Assembly: GCA_964035545.1 (NCBI GenBank)
Contig: OZ037772.1
Span: 2,170,001-2,234,000, forward strand
Reading direction: 5' to 3'
Length of the DNA stretch: 64,000 nt
Source of the DNA: Bugula neritina
Taxonomy: Eukaryota; Animalia; Bryozoa
Shown: piece after piece, positions 1-13,152 of the stretch
Layout of the letters: every line of letters starts with the position of its first letter
Numbering within the stretch: position 1 is the stretch's first letter
The notes under the pieces: model-generated
What the model saw: the letters and a program-made list of their open reading frames with translations, nothing else
Database searches by the model: none
What the model was told of the DNA's origin: nothing
Made by a program: the position numbers and the translations under genes

Positions 1-113
1 CTATTTGAGTATTTACTTCATGCATGTAACCTGCTTAGTTGCATCTTTAAAGGCAGTCTGTCTGTTTCTCTCAATACACACTAACTGATACAATATGATG
101 CTATTATTTACAG

Positions 114-247
114 GTCAACTGGTGCTCACTGTTCCCAGAGAAAGTCTTGGTGTTAGTGACTTGGTGTGGGACATTGCTGTGTGTAACAGAGACACAGTGT
201 TTCTAGCATGTAGAGATGGTTTGAGGAGATACACAATAAAATACTAA
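114..247 (+). CDS. Terminal coding exon of a TRIM-like paralog whose 5' part lies upstream of the window
   Basis: The acceptor tttacag| is followed by GQLVLTVPRESLGVSDLVWDIAVCNRDTVFLACRDGLRRYTIKY*. This is near-identical to the last exon of the TRIM gene at 37105-37241; flanking intron and 3' UTR (1-~870) also match 36505-37350 in inverted orientation. Confidence 0.8.
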
Positions 248-1819
248 ACTTATCAGCTACAGTCTACTAATAATCAGCTCAGTGAGGTGCTGAGAGATGA
301 AATGGATAATATTTGTCATCAACATAATTATTTCATCACAATTCATCATTACACACACTCCGTAATTATAGTTGGATATGAGATGTTTTACTGTATCGAA
401 TATGTGTTGCTATTTTACTATCTAATAAAGTTTATTTGTTAGTGAAAATATAGTCTGTTTTCATGCCTCATTAGCTTTAGTTCAAGTTGAGTTCGGTTAG
501 TAACAATAATCTATACTGGAGCAGTAACTGTAAATGACTTGTTTGCGGGAGAATTTATACACTGAATTGACATGCAGGTGCAAGTAACTCCAACATGACT
601 AAGTAAATTTTCTCCAACCATTCACAATGTTATACATTCCATTGCTGTGCAAACAATAGCATTGAGTAGCCAATCAAATTGTTTCTTGTCATGCAACCAG
701 GAATCTAATAAATAATATATAAGGCAATCAACTAGATATAAACACTGTATTACTCTACACATGAGCTGTCTATGATACAGCTGCTTTGTGAAATGTGTGT
801 AATTTGATGAGTTAAGTTCAATTGGTTGCAGTTTAATTATGACATGTTCACCATTATGTAATATTAGAGGACAACTCCTATCCAGTGTGCAGTGGTAGTA
901 TACTATTAGTCAAAGGGAGTGCTCCGTATAATATAAATAGCTGACTACTCCTACACCAACACTCCTGAACACCAGCTAGACGACAAGAACTCTTGAACAC
1001 CACTCAGGTTAAGGGACTCCACCCACCCAGGCACCCCTGAACACCATCCAAGGCAGACCTGTTCTGGATCACAGTCTTAACTCCTCACAGACTAAGACAG
1101 GAGCTGAAGTCATCCTCACAGCCAAGCAACCCATGCCAATATACCAACCCTAGCTAACCTGAATACTACAACTTATATATTATAGTATTCGGAATAACTC
1201 CAAAGTAGCATATTTCTGTTAAAATAACATTATTAATAAACAGATAAATTATATATTCACTGATTCAATCACTATTTGAGTTTTCAAAATAAAATTCAAT
1301 AAGAGACATCAGCAAGTAATAATCATATGTTATGTAATAATACATGCAACAAAAAGGCATCATTATAAAATTTAACAAAATGTATTAGCAGTTATCTATA
1401 CTGAGATTATAATGTAATACTAATGTTGTATAAAGTATTAAACTATCAACCCCTCTCTCATATTATTTAACCTTTGACCTACAAACAATGATTAAATCAT
1501 TTTCTTGTTGCTATACTGTCTTTTTTTTAGTTGGCTCACAGAAACAGTTTCAATCTAACAATGTAGTGTTGATACAAATCAGAGTATATAAGCTCAACAA
1601 TAAAACAGAAAGAAATAATTATCCTCAATATCCTAAGGAATATTCCAGAGAAAACTGCAGGCTGAGCTAAGATATTTTACAACTACATGCAGTTGACATA
1701 TCTACATGAATTGTGGACCATTTTGGTGTTTCTGTGTGCACAGACAAGTTGTAATGACTCTAACAGAAACTTTCTCAGTAGGTTTCAGTTTATCTTGAAT
1801 ATATTACAGCTTGTTGTCA

Positions 1820-2075
1820 TTTGGCCTCAATAGTATTGATGATACACTACCTTGTTTGGCCTCAATAGTATTGATGGTAGACTACCTTGTTTGACCTCAA
1901 TAGTGTTGATGGTACACTACCTTGTTTGGCCTCAATAGTGTTGATGGTACACTACCTTGTTTGGCCTCAATAGTATTGATGGTAGACTACCTTGTTTGAC
2001 CTCAACAGTATTGATGGTAGACTACCTTGTTTGGCCTCAACAGTATTAATGGTACACTACCTTGTTTGGCCTCAT
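1820..2075. repeat. 35-bp minisatellite, ~7 copies
   Basis: Unit TTGGCCTCAATAGTATTGATGGTACACTACCTTGT repeated head-to-tail with no spacers. Confidence 0.95.
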
Positions 2076-2951
2076 TAGCCTTGCGAATATAAAATTAACA
2101 GCACAACTTGCAAGATTTAACTAATTTAACTTGGTTCATATTATGATGTTAATATGTTGACATTTATAACCTCTGATATATTTCTATGTTTATAACCTAT
2201 CAATATGCTCTGATCTACAGTCTTTATTGCCATTCAAGGTGTTGCTCACTGCTGGTCAACCCCATTAACCCCCAACTTACTGTCTACATAGAAAACTGTC
2301 TACTCTCCCTCCATGGTACATAGCTCATACAATGTGTATAATTATTTGCTTTTACACATTCATTACATAAAATACCAGCCATTGTGCTAAAAGTAGAGTT
2401 TTGTTGTAGTCTCACATATTGGAACATGGCCTTAAGATTTGTAGTTTCTGAGGCTTTTATTAAGCTAATGCAGGAGAAAATTGCTAAGAATTTACTGCAG
2501 TGAATCTTTGTATAAACATTTTTTATGAAATGCATATCTGTGGAATACTTGATCTACTATGTATCATGTAAACTAACTTACACACAAGTTACATACAGCT
2601 ACTACTTGATAAGGAAGTAATAGACTTATACACTAACAGAGTTATTGACCTGAAGAAGTAAATAATATTTAAATTGTGATGACTAAGTAAGTGGATGAGT
2701 CATAAACCAGTCAAAAAATAATTTCTACAAACAAACTTTATTGAGTAAATGTGACTACAGAGTCTTGACAACATAGCAGAGTAAATATGTTACATAATCA
2801 TTACTAATCAACATCAAATACTGCATATAAGCAGTGCAAGTCCTGTGGAATATATAATATTATACTGTGAGTAGAACACAATATATTATATTTGACATGT
2901 ACTATTGATGACCTCACTGAGCTGATTATTAGTAAACTGTAGCTGATAAGT

Positions 2952-3085
2952 TTAGTATTTTATTGTGTATCTCCTCAGACCACCTTCACATGCTAGAAAC
3001 CCTGTGTCTCTGTTATACACAGCAATGTCCCACACCAAGTCACTCACACCAAGACTTTCTCTGGGAATTGTTACCATCAGTTCAC
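2952..3085 (-). pseudogene. Orphan copy of the TRIM terminal exon with preceding intron (homology extends to ~3702)
   Basis: Translates (G)ELMVTIPRESLGVSDLVWDIAVYNRDTGFLACEGGLRRYTIKY*. The splice acceptor reads AA instead of AG. About 2905-3702 aligns, with an insertion, to ~37060-37575. Confidence 0.8.
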
Positions 3086-3999
3086 TTTTAAAAAATATTA
3101 TGTCAGATTGAATCAGTTTGAGACAAACAGACAGACTACAGTGACATCACAACAGCTGACACCACTACAAGCAAGTTTCTACTTTCTAGTATAATATAGT
3201 AACTGAAATATATTCGATAATAATACAATAAATTTCAAATATATTTCTCACTCAGAAAGACTTCCCTTAAAGATGCAACTAAGCAGATTATGTTGAAGAT
3301 AATAAAGTTCTACCAGTCAGTATTGAATAATTCACTGAGCTGCTCTACTGTTTACTTCATAATAAATGACAACATGGAGGGACTCAACATAGAAATTTAC
3401 CCCCTCAGCAAATATGATTATACAGGAGAGAAGATATATAATATAAGTATTACATACATGAAGTAAATATTCTAACAGAAAATAGTGTTTCATTATACAA
3501 CTGTATTGACCTTGACCCACAAACTTAGCCTGTGGCTCTTATATAGAACACACCCACATGTCTACTTCTAATAATAATGCTACTGCAGCTACTCCAACAT
3601 TATGACATATTAAATACTTAACAAGAACCAACCACAGCCACCTGCTCTACCAGCAAACACTGCTCTACCAGCCACCATCAAATTACACTAGTCACAGCAA
3701 TAATTACATAACATAAGTTATATTACATTACTTGCAGGTCGGAGTGTTATCAGGCCACCTCACAGTCTAGAAAGGAAATATTCCGGAACTAAACCAAGTG
3801 TCCAGCACATTTTCATCTGTATAAAAGGCAGGAAATGGAACAATGTTCAGAGTTGTCTTCTCTGACAAACTGAAACTGGGGTTAATTTACTCAAAGGAAA
3901 TGTCTAGGCCGTGAACAAAAGAAAGTAAATTATCAATAAGTAGTTAGAGAAATGTAGCTCGCTGCTTTACTATAAAGGAGAAGAGAAAGTTGGAGGTGT

Positions 4000-5915
4000 G
4001 TACATACTCAATACATACTCAATATATACTCAATATATACTCAATATATACTCAATATATACTCAATACATACTCGATACATACTCAATACATACTCAAT
4101 ACATATTCAATATATACTCAATATATACTCAATATATACTCAATATATACTCAATATATACCCAATACATACTCAATATATACTCAATACATACTCAATA
4201 TATACTCAATACATACTCAATATATACTCAATACATACTCAATATCTACTCAATAAATACTCAATATATACCCAATACATACTCAATACATACTCAATAT
4301 CTACTCAATAAATACTCAATACATACCCAATATATACTCAATACATACTCAATATATACTCAATACATACTCAATATATACTCAATACATACTCAATATC
4401 TACTCAATACATACTCAATATATACCCAATACATACTCAATACATACTCAATATCTACTCAATAAATACTCAATACATACCCAATATATACTCAATACAT
4501 ACTCAATATATACTCAATACATACTCAATATATACTCAATACATACTCAATATCTACTCAATACATACTCAATGCATACTCAATATATACTCAATACACA
4601 CTCAATATCTACTCAATACATACTCAATATATACCCAATACATACTCAATACATACTCAATATCTACTCAATAAATACTCAATACATACCCAATATATAC
4701 TCAATACATACTCAATATATACTCAATACATACTCAATATATACTCAATACATACTCAATATCTACTCAATACATACTCAATATATACCCAATACATACT
4801 CAATACATACTCAATATCTACTCAATAAATACTCAATACATACCCAATATATACTCAATACATACTCAATATATACTCAATACATACTCAATATATACTC
4901 AATACATACTCAATATCTACTCAATACATACTCAATGCATACTCAATATATACTCAATACACACTCAATATCTACTCAATACATACTCAATATATACCCA
5001 ATACATACTCAATACATACTCAATATCTACTCAATAAATACTCAATACATACCCAATATATACTCAATACATACTCAATATATACTCAATACATACTCAA
5101 TATATACTCAATACATACTCAATATCTACTCAATACATACTCAATGCATACTCAATATATACTCAATACACACTCAATATATACTCAATACACACTCAAT
5201 ATATACTCAATACACACTCAATATATACTCAATATATACTCAATATATACTCAATACATACTCAATATATACTCAATATATACTCAATACATACTCAATA
5301 TATACTCAATATATACTCAATATATACTCAATACATACTCAATAGATACTCAATATATACGCAATACATACTCAATATTTACTCAATACATACTCAATAT
5401 ATACTCAATATACTCAATATATACTCAATATATATTCAATACACACTCAATACATACTCAATATATACTCAATACATACTCAATATATACTTAATATATA
5501 CTCAATATATACTCAATATATACTTAATATATACTCAATACATACTCAATATATACTCAATATATATTCAATACACACTCAATACACACTCAATACATAC
5601 TCAATATATACTCAATACATACTCAATATATACTCAATACATACTCAATACATACTCAATACATACTCAATATTTACTCAATACATACTCAATATATACA
5701 ATATATACTCAATATATATTCAATACACACTCAATACATACTCAATATATACTCAATACATACTCAATATATATTCAATACACACTCAATACACACTCAA
5801 TACATACTCAATATATACTCAATACATACTCAATACATACTCAATATATACTCAATATATACTCAATACATATTCAATATATACTCAATACATACTCAAT
5901 ATATACTTAACATAC
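4000..5915. repeat. 11-bp satellite (ATACTCAATAY), ~170 units, in a VARS intron
   Basis: Continuous 11-mer array; it generates the YSIYTQYILN artefact ORFs. Confidence 0.97.
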
Positions 5916-6126
5916 ACTTGAGCTGTCATATGGAATAGACTTACCCGGGCTAAGACTGATGACATTTGGATGTACGTTAAACTTTATTGCTGCCTTTGAC
6001 AGCGCTTCATGATAGGATCTGCCAGTCACCCAGTAGTTGTTGTCACTAAACTATGTAAAATATATAGAGGTTAAAAGGTCACTAGACTATGTAAAATATA
6101 TAGAGGTCAAGAGGTCACTGGACTAT

Positions 6127-6569
6127 CACGGGCTTTCCATGTATCGATCTCAGATCGATCTGACTGAGATCGATCTAAGAAATGTGCTCAGAGTGTCAGA
6201 TCGATCTCACGGAGTTACCTCCTCTTAAGTGAAAGATGTTTTAATAGTATAATTTGCTCACCAATCTGACTGATTAAAGCTACTGCTGTCAAAAACAAGA
6301 TTGTTGCAGTCTAAATTTAATGCCAGCTATAAACTATAGTATAATTTTATATAATCAAGTTTTCTTAATCATCGTACTGAAAGTCAAAGTTTGGCATCTG
6401 AAAATATGACTATCATAATTAATAAGTAATTTGCTGAGTAATTATCAATAACTTATCATTTTTATTAGCAGACAGCATTTTAGCGAACATTTATTTTTCT
6501 ACTTCTCAGATCGATCTTTCGTCTTTCCATGGTCTTATTGCCTTGAGGTCGATCCATGGAAAGCCGGTG
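6127..6569. mobile_element. Non-autonomous DNA transposon (CMC/CACTA-Chapaev-like MITE)
   Basis: Termini CACGGGCTTTCCATG...CATGGAAAGCCGGTG, subterminal GATCGATC repeats and TAT on both sides. It interrupts a local GACTATGTA repeat unit, which gives the empty site. A shorter relative lies at 6695-6792. Confidence 0.7.
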
Positions 6570-7174
6570 TATGTACAAGGTGTAGAGGTACAGAGGTCAC
6601 CAGACTATGTACAAAATATAAAGGTCAAGAGACTATGTAAAATATACAGATGTCAAGAGGTCACTGAGCTATGATGAACAATGTACAATATAATCACAGG
6701 CTTTCCATGGACGACAGAGATCGATCTTTGATGTCTTTTCATGGAGCGATCTCACCAATATAGATCTGAGATCGATCCATGGAAAGCCAGTGAAAGGGTC
6801 ACACTCACTCCAGAAATGGCCACACCCACTCCGGAAAGAGCCACACCCACTCTAGAAAGGCCACACCCACTCCAGAAAGGGCCACATTAAAGGGAATTCA
6901 TAGTTTATCAACATAAACATAGTCTGTGGTGAATATTAGGTCTGTGCTAAACCCACTTGCTTTCTGTAAATAACACAAGACAGGATAGAGAATGAGTCAT
7001 ACCTCAGCCTTAGGTTGCCCCTGGATCTGCACAAAGTAGGCTGGTATTCTGTGCCCCCACCATAACTGTCTGGAGATACACCAGTCCCTGGAGTTCCTCA
7101 GCCATTTGTACCAAGTGACTGTGTGATAGTCTGGTATTATCTTTAGCTTGCCTGATTCTACTACCTGCAGTATA

Positions 7175-7435
7175 CATACTATGCTATAGATATACTATGC
7201 TATAGATATACTATGCTATAGATATACTATACTATAGATATACTATACTATAGAAATACTATACTATAGATATACTATACTATAGAAATACTATATACTA
7301 TACAATACTAATATATATTTATACTATACAGTACTAATATATATACTATACAATACTAATATATATATACTATACACAGTACTAATATACATACTATACA
7401 GTACTAATATATTATATATTATACATAATATATAA
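7175..7435. repeat. Degenerate ~16-bp AT-rich tandem repeat (ATATACTATRCTATAG)
   Basis: Direct tandem units are visible. Confidence 0.85.
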
Positions 7436-8438
7436 TACAAGTACCTCTACAGCCTTGGTTGCCATATCGTCACACGCCACATACCACTGTGGTTTGGGTA
7501 TCGGCTCAATGATATCTTTAGATCGACTATAACACAAGAGACTACGGTGTGGAGGTCATTGTTAACAGACAGACACACTTAGTAACAGTTCAACTCAACA
7601 GAATTGTAAAATATAATGGATATGTTAATGGAGCTATTCTTTAGGAGAACAAGAGAGGACAACTTCTATTACATCGAGATCTGTAACTATGAGTCATTTT
7701 ACTTGATTTAGCACACAGAGCCATATACCTTTAGCTTTTAGCTATTGTTCACAGTTGAGCTGCTAATTCAACATTTTAATGTAAGAAACTATACACATTA
7801 GCAGCTAAACTGTGAAAAATAGCTAAGAACCAGATATATGGTGTGTACTAAACTGAGTAAAGTGACTCACAAGTAAACATGACTAGAAAAAGTTCAGGAT
7901 CTAACTGGGCGTGTATGAAGAAAATGTAATGGAACTTGTAGAAATCTAACAAGTTGGGATAAGATTGTAGAGAGAAGACGACTCACCTACATACAGGAAC
8001 TACCATAGCGTTGTCTTCCTTTCCTTTGTATGGCCCCAAGTCTTCCAACCTTCTCTGAACAGCTTTACAGGCATCAAACCTGCACATGAAACTTACATGG
8101 AGTATAAATTGCTAATAGACTCACACCTGTCACCTGCTTACAAATGTCACCTGTACACAAATGGTATTAAACCACTAAAACCTATGTAGATCAATATTTT
8201 CTTGCTATCAAGTTGACTAATTGTGAAACAGCCAAAATAGGAAAATAAGACCTTGTAGTGCAGTGAGCAAGGCAAGTTCAAGCCATACAACTCTAACATG
8301 TTGCATTACAGAAGAAAGACCTGCTTAATTTTGGTAAATAACTATAAGTAATATTGGGAGTTACGCCACTTATGAGTAACAACATGGAGTTGTGTTTCTT
8401 TTCATAAACGCAAAAAGGTAAAAATCACTGGTTTCTTC

Positions 8439-8573
8439 GAGGTAGCACAACTCCTAATTGTGTGACATATTTCTAAGTTGAAATGGTTTTTCCTTGCATT
8501 ATATAATATATAATGCAAGGAAAAACCATATCAACTTAGAAATATGTCACACAATTAGGAGTTATGCCACCTC
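8439..8573. repeat. ~135-bp near-perfect palindrome (foldback/MITE)
   Basis: GAGGTAGCACAACTCCTAATTGTG...TATATA is mirrored by TATATA...CACAATTAGGAGTTATGCCACCTC. Confidence 0.85.
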
Positions 8574-8776
8574 TTTGTCAAAAACATGAAATACTAGATT
8601 CACACACCAAACAGTACTCGTTGCTATACGAATAGACTCCAATATAGTTCTCCCTCCGTATCTCAGTAAGCTGAGGGACCTGACACCTCAATTCATGACA
8701 TAGTAGAATTCTTACCATAGCAGAATACCATATTTAACACACGGATCTGTTAAATTATTTTGTCCCTGCACACAAA

Positions 8777-9025
8777 AGGCTATGAATATACAGGACAACA
8801 GGCTATGAACATACAGGACAACAGGCTATGAATATACAGGACAACAGGCTATGAATATACAGGACAACAGGCTATGAATATACAGGACAACAGGCTATGA
8901 ATATATAGGACAACAGGCTATGAATATACAGGATAACAGGCTATGAATATACAGGACAACAGGTTATGAATATACAGGACAACAGGCTATGAATATACAG
9001 GACAACAGGCTATGAATATACAGGA
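8777..9025. repeat. 23-bp minisatellite, ~11 copies
   Basis: Unit AGGCTATGAATATACAGGACAAC, immediately downstream of the VARS exon 9 donor. Confidence 0.95.
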
Positions 9026-11804
9026 AACAGAGCACCTGTCCCAAACTCCATCTCCACAAAGTCGTCAGCTACAATAGGTATTCTCCTGGCAGCAAAAAGA
9101 TGTCTCACAAACTTCCCGTGTAAGTGTTTGTATCGGCCGTCTTCATGGTGGACAGCCACTGCAGTGTCACCTACAATAGTTACCAGACTTTATAGTCTCT
9201 CACAGTATTGAGTATTGATATACAATTATATATTTACTGAGTGTTTACCAGATCCAACTTCACAGTCACTATACTCAGAGTACACAACTCCCAGTAAGTT
9301 AGTATCAAGCTAATTAACCACTAACCCCCTATTCACACTTACCGTATCGTACGCCGTAACAGCAAATATCAGCCATTTTTATAAATGTCAGAGCTTCCTG
9401 TCCGGTGTTGCGGTACGGTAGGATCAAGCACTGCTTGATTCAAATAAGTTGCGGCGGACTCCTATTGGATAGAAAAACTTTTGCGTTAATTCATTGGATA
9501 TAAATGTCCAATGTAGCGTCATAGATCGTACCTAATAGCGGACTTTGAAAACTTCAACCCGCACCTTAAACAAAAATGGAATAATAAAATTAAAGAACTT
9601 AGGCTATCTCAAGTTCTCCACTACTGCTCCTAAGTGAGAAAGTAAGAATAGTTAGAGAGATCTACTGGACTTACTTCAACTGGCAGCAAGAGTCAGCCAT
9701 TATTACGTTGCTAAGCAACAAAGCTATTAGTGACATTGATGTCTACTAACCCAACATAGTTTCTAATCTAGTTGTGGCCACAATGATCTCTTCGACAGAG
9801 TCTTCCACTTTATATGCAAAGGAAAGGAGAACTCCGAACTCCACTTTCTCTTTGTAGCCCGGCACAGAGAGCATAGTCCTTCCTGTCAACTCTACTTTGT
9901 CTACCTGCAATCAGTGATACAACTCTCTCAGACTATACAGGTCAAAGGTTAAACTGTAGTGTGTGTTTCTGAGTCACTGCGTTCTCATTCTTTTCTATTA
10001 GTTCACATTGTGTAAATGGATGCTCGTACGAATGAATATCTGGCTGTGGTCTCATTGATGTATTCATTCGAAGATAGTCATAATGTAATATATCAGGCTG
10101 TGTCTGAATACTACTATTAGGTTAGTTACCACCAACACACAAGTCTCGCAGTGAATAACCAGTTGACATACACACAGCCGGGAGTCAGACTTATACTGTA
10201 CGGTATACCTCAATATCAGAGATGGCAGAGTTGAGAGTACAGGACCAGTTGACCAGTCGGTTAGCTCTGTAGATCACACCTTTCTCGTGCATTCTGATAA
10301 ACGCTTCGTTCACCGCTTTTAAAGATTTCTAATAAACAAGTATATATGAGTCATGTGTCAAGTGTGAGCTGATTGGAGACCAGGCCTCATGATTAACCAA
10401 TCATAGAGAGGATAACACACTGAGTCAGTAAACAGTCGACACGGCATATAGACTCCACTACTCAAACATAATACATGTATAGAGAGGATAACTCCTCACC
10501 TCATCCATAGTGAACGTAGTTCTGTCCCAGTCATAAGACCCGCCCACTTTCCTCAACTGATGGTAGATTCTGTCTCCTTTTCTATAGAAATTATATAATA
10601 ACACTGACCAATCGTTGTGCTGCAAAACTTAGTTATATTAGCAACTTAAATAATGAGACCAATGATAGAGTGTGATGAAGTAAACCTATATTTAACTTTT
10701 TGTATATTCAATTATATATAAGAATTTTATCGTATTAACGCTATTATATTATCTTATATCAAACTGTAGCAACTGCACACCAATAAGATAAAATAAGAAC
10801 TCAAACCCGAATACTAAGTCGCTATGAAATGCATTTTCAAGATAAAATATTCCCTTACTGGTTCTTCCAGTCCCACACTCGTCTCACAAACTCATTTCGT
10901 CCCAAATCGTGTCGAGTTTTATTCTCTTCTCTAGCGAGTTTTTTCTCGACGACAACTTGAGTGGCTATTCCTGCGTGGTCACATCCGGGTACAAACAGTG
11001 TCACCTTTCAATTCATCCGGTGCCTGACAATACAACAGAACTGACACCTGCAGACACCTGATAATGCAAGCATATCAGACACCTGCAGATTTTCTGGAAA
11101 GGTGCTGAGAGAAATATCTGTGGTTGAAACAACATCAATATAATAGATGAATGACTTATGCCAACCGGTACTTAACACAAATTTTCTCAGCATTCAAAAA
11201 AGAATTAACAGGGGGATGTTCATAGCCTGTCTGTGGAATATCTCAAAGTGACTTGGCAAAATGCCGAAATGTCATGTAGTCACCACCAGAGGAATGGTGT
11301 CTACTGTTACATGCTATAAGCTACATACACCACCAGTTTAGTGACTAGGTAAGTACGGAGTTGTCTCATTTATATGAATGAACATCTCACCACCGAACTA
11401 TCGCATCCTCAACTGCCCCCGTGAGGGCGTGTCCTAGGTGAAGAGTCCCGGTCACATTAGGGGGAGGGATCATGATGATAAACTTCTCTTCAGGTGTGAG
11501 TTTCAGCACATCTCTACCTGTTACAAAGCAACCAATCACATCTCTCTTGGTTACAAAGTAAAAAGCAACCAATCACAGTACCTGTTACAACAGAGTAACA
11601 AATCACACCTCTACGTGTTAGAAGTAACCAATCACACATTATAGACTTTACTATGATGAGAAGTGTACCTTTGAGATTATACTCAGGTTTGAAGAATCCT
11701 TCCTTCTCCCACCAAGAGTACCAGGCAGCTTCCACATAGGACGGGGAGTAAGAGTCAGGCATGGGACACGTCGTGTCTAGAATAACAGAAAACTATGAAG
11801 TATA

Positions 11805-12005
11805 GGGGAGCAGCTGTGGTCTAGGGGTTAGAGCGTTTGTCTAGTGAACATGAAGCCATTGTTTGACAAAGGCCACTGGTGATGTTAAGAAGAGCATCCA
11901 GTCATAATTGCTCCTGCGCCACATCTAAATAAGTCCTCAGCCTGTTTTAACAAAAATGCTTTCCACCAGGAGTCTCTCACAAGGATGGTGACTATACACT
12001 GATAT
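11805..12005 (+). mobile_element. tRNA-derived SINE, V-domain-like core
   Basis: A-box-like head TGTGGTCTAGGGGTTAGAGCG, followed by GTTAAGAAGAGCATCCAGTCATAA, which resembles the V-SINE core GGAAGGGCATCCGGCGTAA. No intact B box or cloverleaf. Confidence 0.55.
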
Positions 12006-12991
12006 CTAGATATACTAAGTTGAGACTTGTCTTCTACTGGTCCATACAGTTCAAATATGATAAACACATGTATAAATACAATAATCTATTCATGGCCCAT
12101 AGTCTAACCACCAACCAGGACGAATAAATAAGACTGTGGCCTGACACTACTACTACAACTTATATAACTTACACACAACAGATTGTTAGGAGTATTTGAA
12201 TCTGAGGCTATCCAATGTATGAGTAGGGCAGCCCTAAATGTAGGATATTGGAATACGATGTCTTATTACTTCAGTCTAAAGCAGTGTTTATACCTTCTTG
12301 ATTTTCAGTCAGAAATTCAATTTTGCCGAGTCGCATTTCATTTTAAAAGCCAATTATCAAAATTTTTGCTTTGTACATGCTTAATCAAATAATTTTAGAG
12401 TAACAATCAAAGGGAATGATAACTCCTTTAGATATGGGGTATTCATGTTTATAATTACATCGGCTGTCTTTTTCAATTATCACTTTTATGCTGTCAACTT
12501 AATTTATTACGTTTTCAAAGGGCATCAAATAGTGATTAAGCGAGTTATATTTGAGTATTACAGAGTGAGCTTCCTTATTAATATGATTTCAACAATTTTA
12601 AGTAAGACTGCTTACACACATAACTGTGTGTTCACTACCGAGCAGTGTACACTGATAAATCAGCGCTTCAACTGAAACTTGTAAGTAAAGGAATGAAGAG
12701 CTCAATTGAGTATAAAATGTAGAGAATAATTGAACTGAACCTTCTTATGGCCAACTGGTGTGTCATCGACATACGTTACTACAGCCTTCTCCTTTTTCTC
12801 TTTCACTTTTTTCTAGAAAAAAAAAATCAAATTTGAAGAAAATAAAATGGAAATTGTTAGCTGCAGATACAGACAACTTCCAGGTAAAAGTACAGCCATA
12901 CAGTCGCAATACGAATATGTAATTCAAGTAACACTTTCATGTAGAAGTACAACCATAAATCTGAATAGAAAGTAACACAAATATATACATT

Positions 12992-13152
12992 TAGGAGCAG
13001 TAGTGTAGAAATCGAGATAGCCTAGGTTCTTTAATCTTATTATCAAATTTTGGTTTGGGGTTTGGGTTGAAATTCTTACAAAAACACAACTTCTTATGCT
13101 ACATTTCTAATCTAGAACACAGGCTTTCTCAATTTCTCCATTACTGCACCTA
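12992..13152. mobile_element. MITE with ~30-bp imperfect TIRs; related fragment at ~9550-9635
   Basis: TAGGAGCAGTAGTGTAGAAATCGAGATAGCCT...AGGCTTTCTCAATTTCTCCATTACTGCACCTA; an inverted homolog lies at 9550-9635. Confidence 0.55.

Noticed and set aside
916-1201. Possible MITE with GGAGT...ACTCC ends
   Set aside because: The inverted match is too degenerate and there is no clear TSD.
1820-2075. 35-bp repeats as a CRISPR-like array
   Set aside because: Head-to-tail units with no unique spacers, in a eukaryotic context.
3990-5494. Long ORFs rich in YSIYTQYILN
   Set aside because: Translations of the 11-bp satellite, open in several frames; not genes.
11008-11010. In-frame TGA in VARS as selenocysteine, readthrough or an alternative genetic code
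   Set aside because: The position is normally Gly (GGA>TGA), the gene has several other lesions, and TGA is used as a stop elsewhere in the window.
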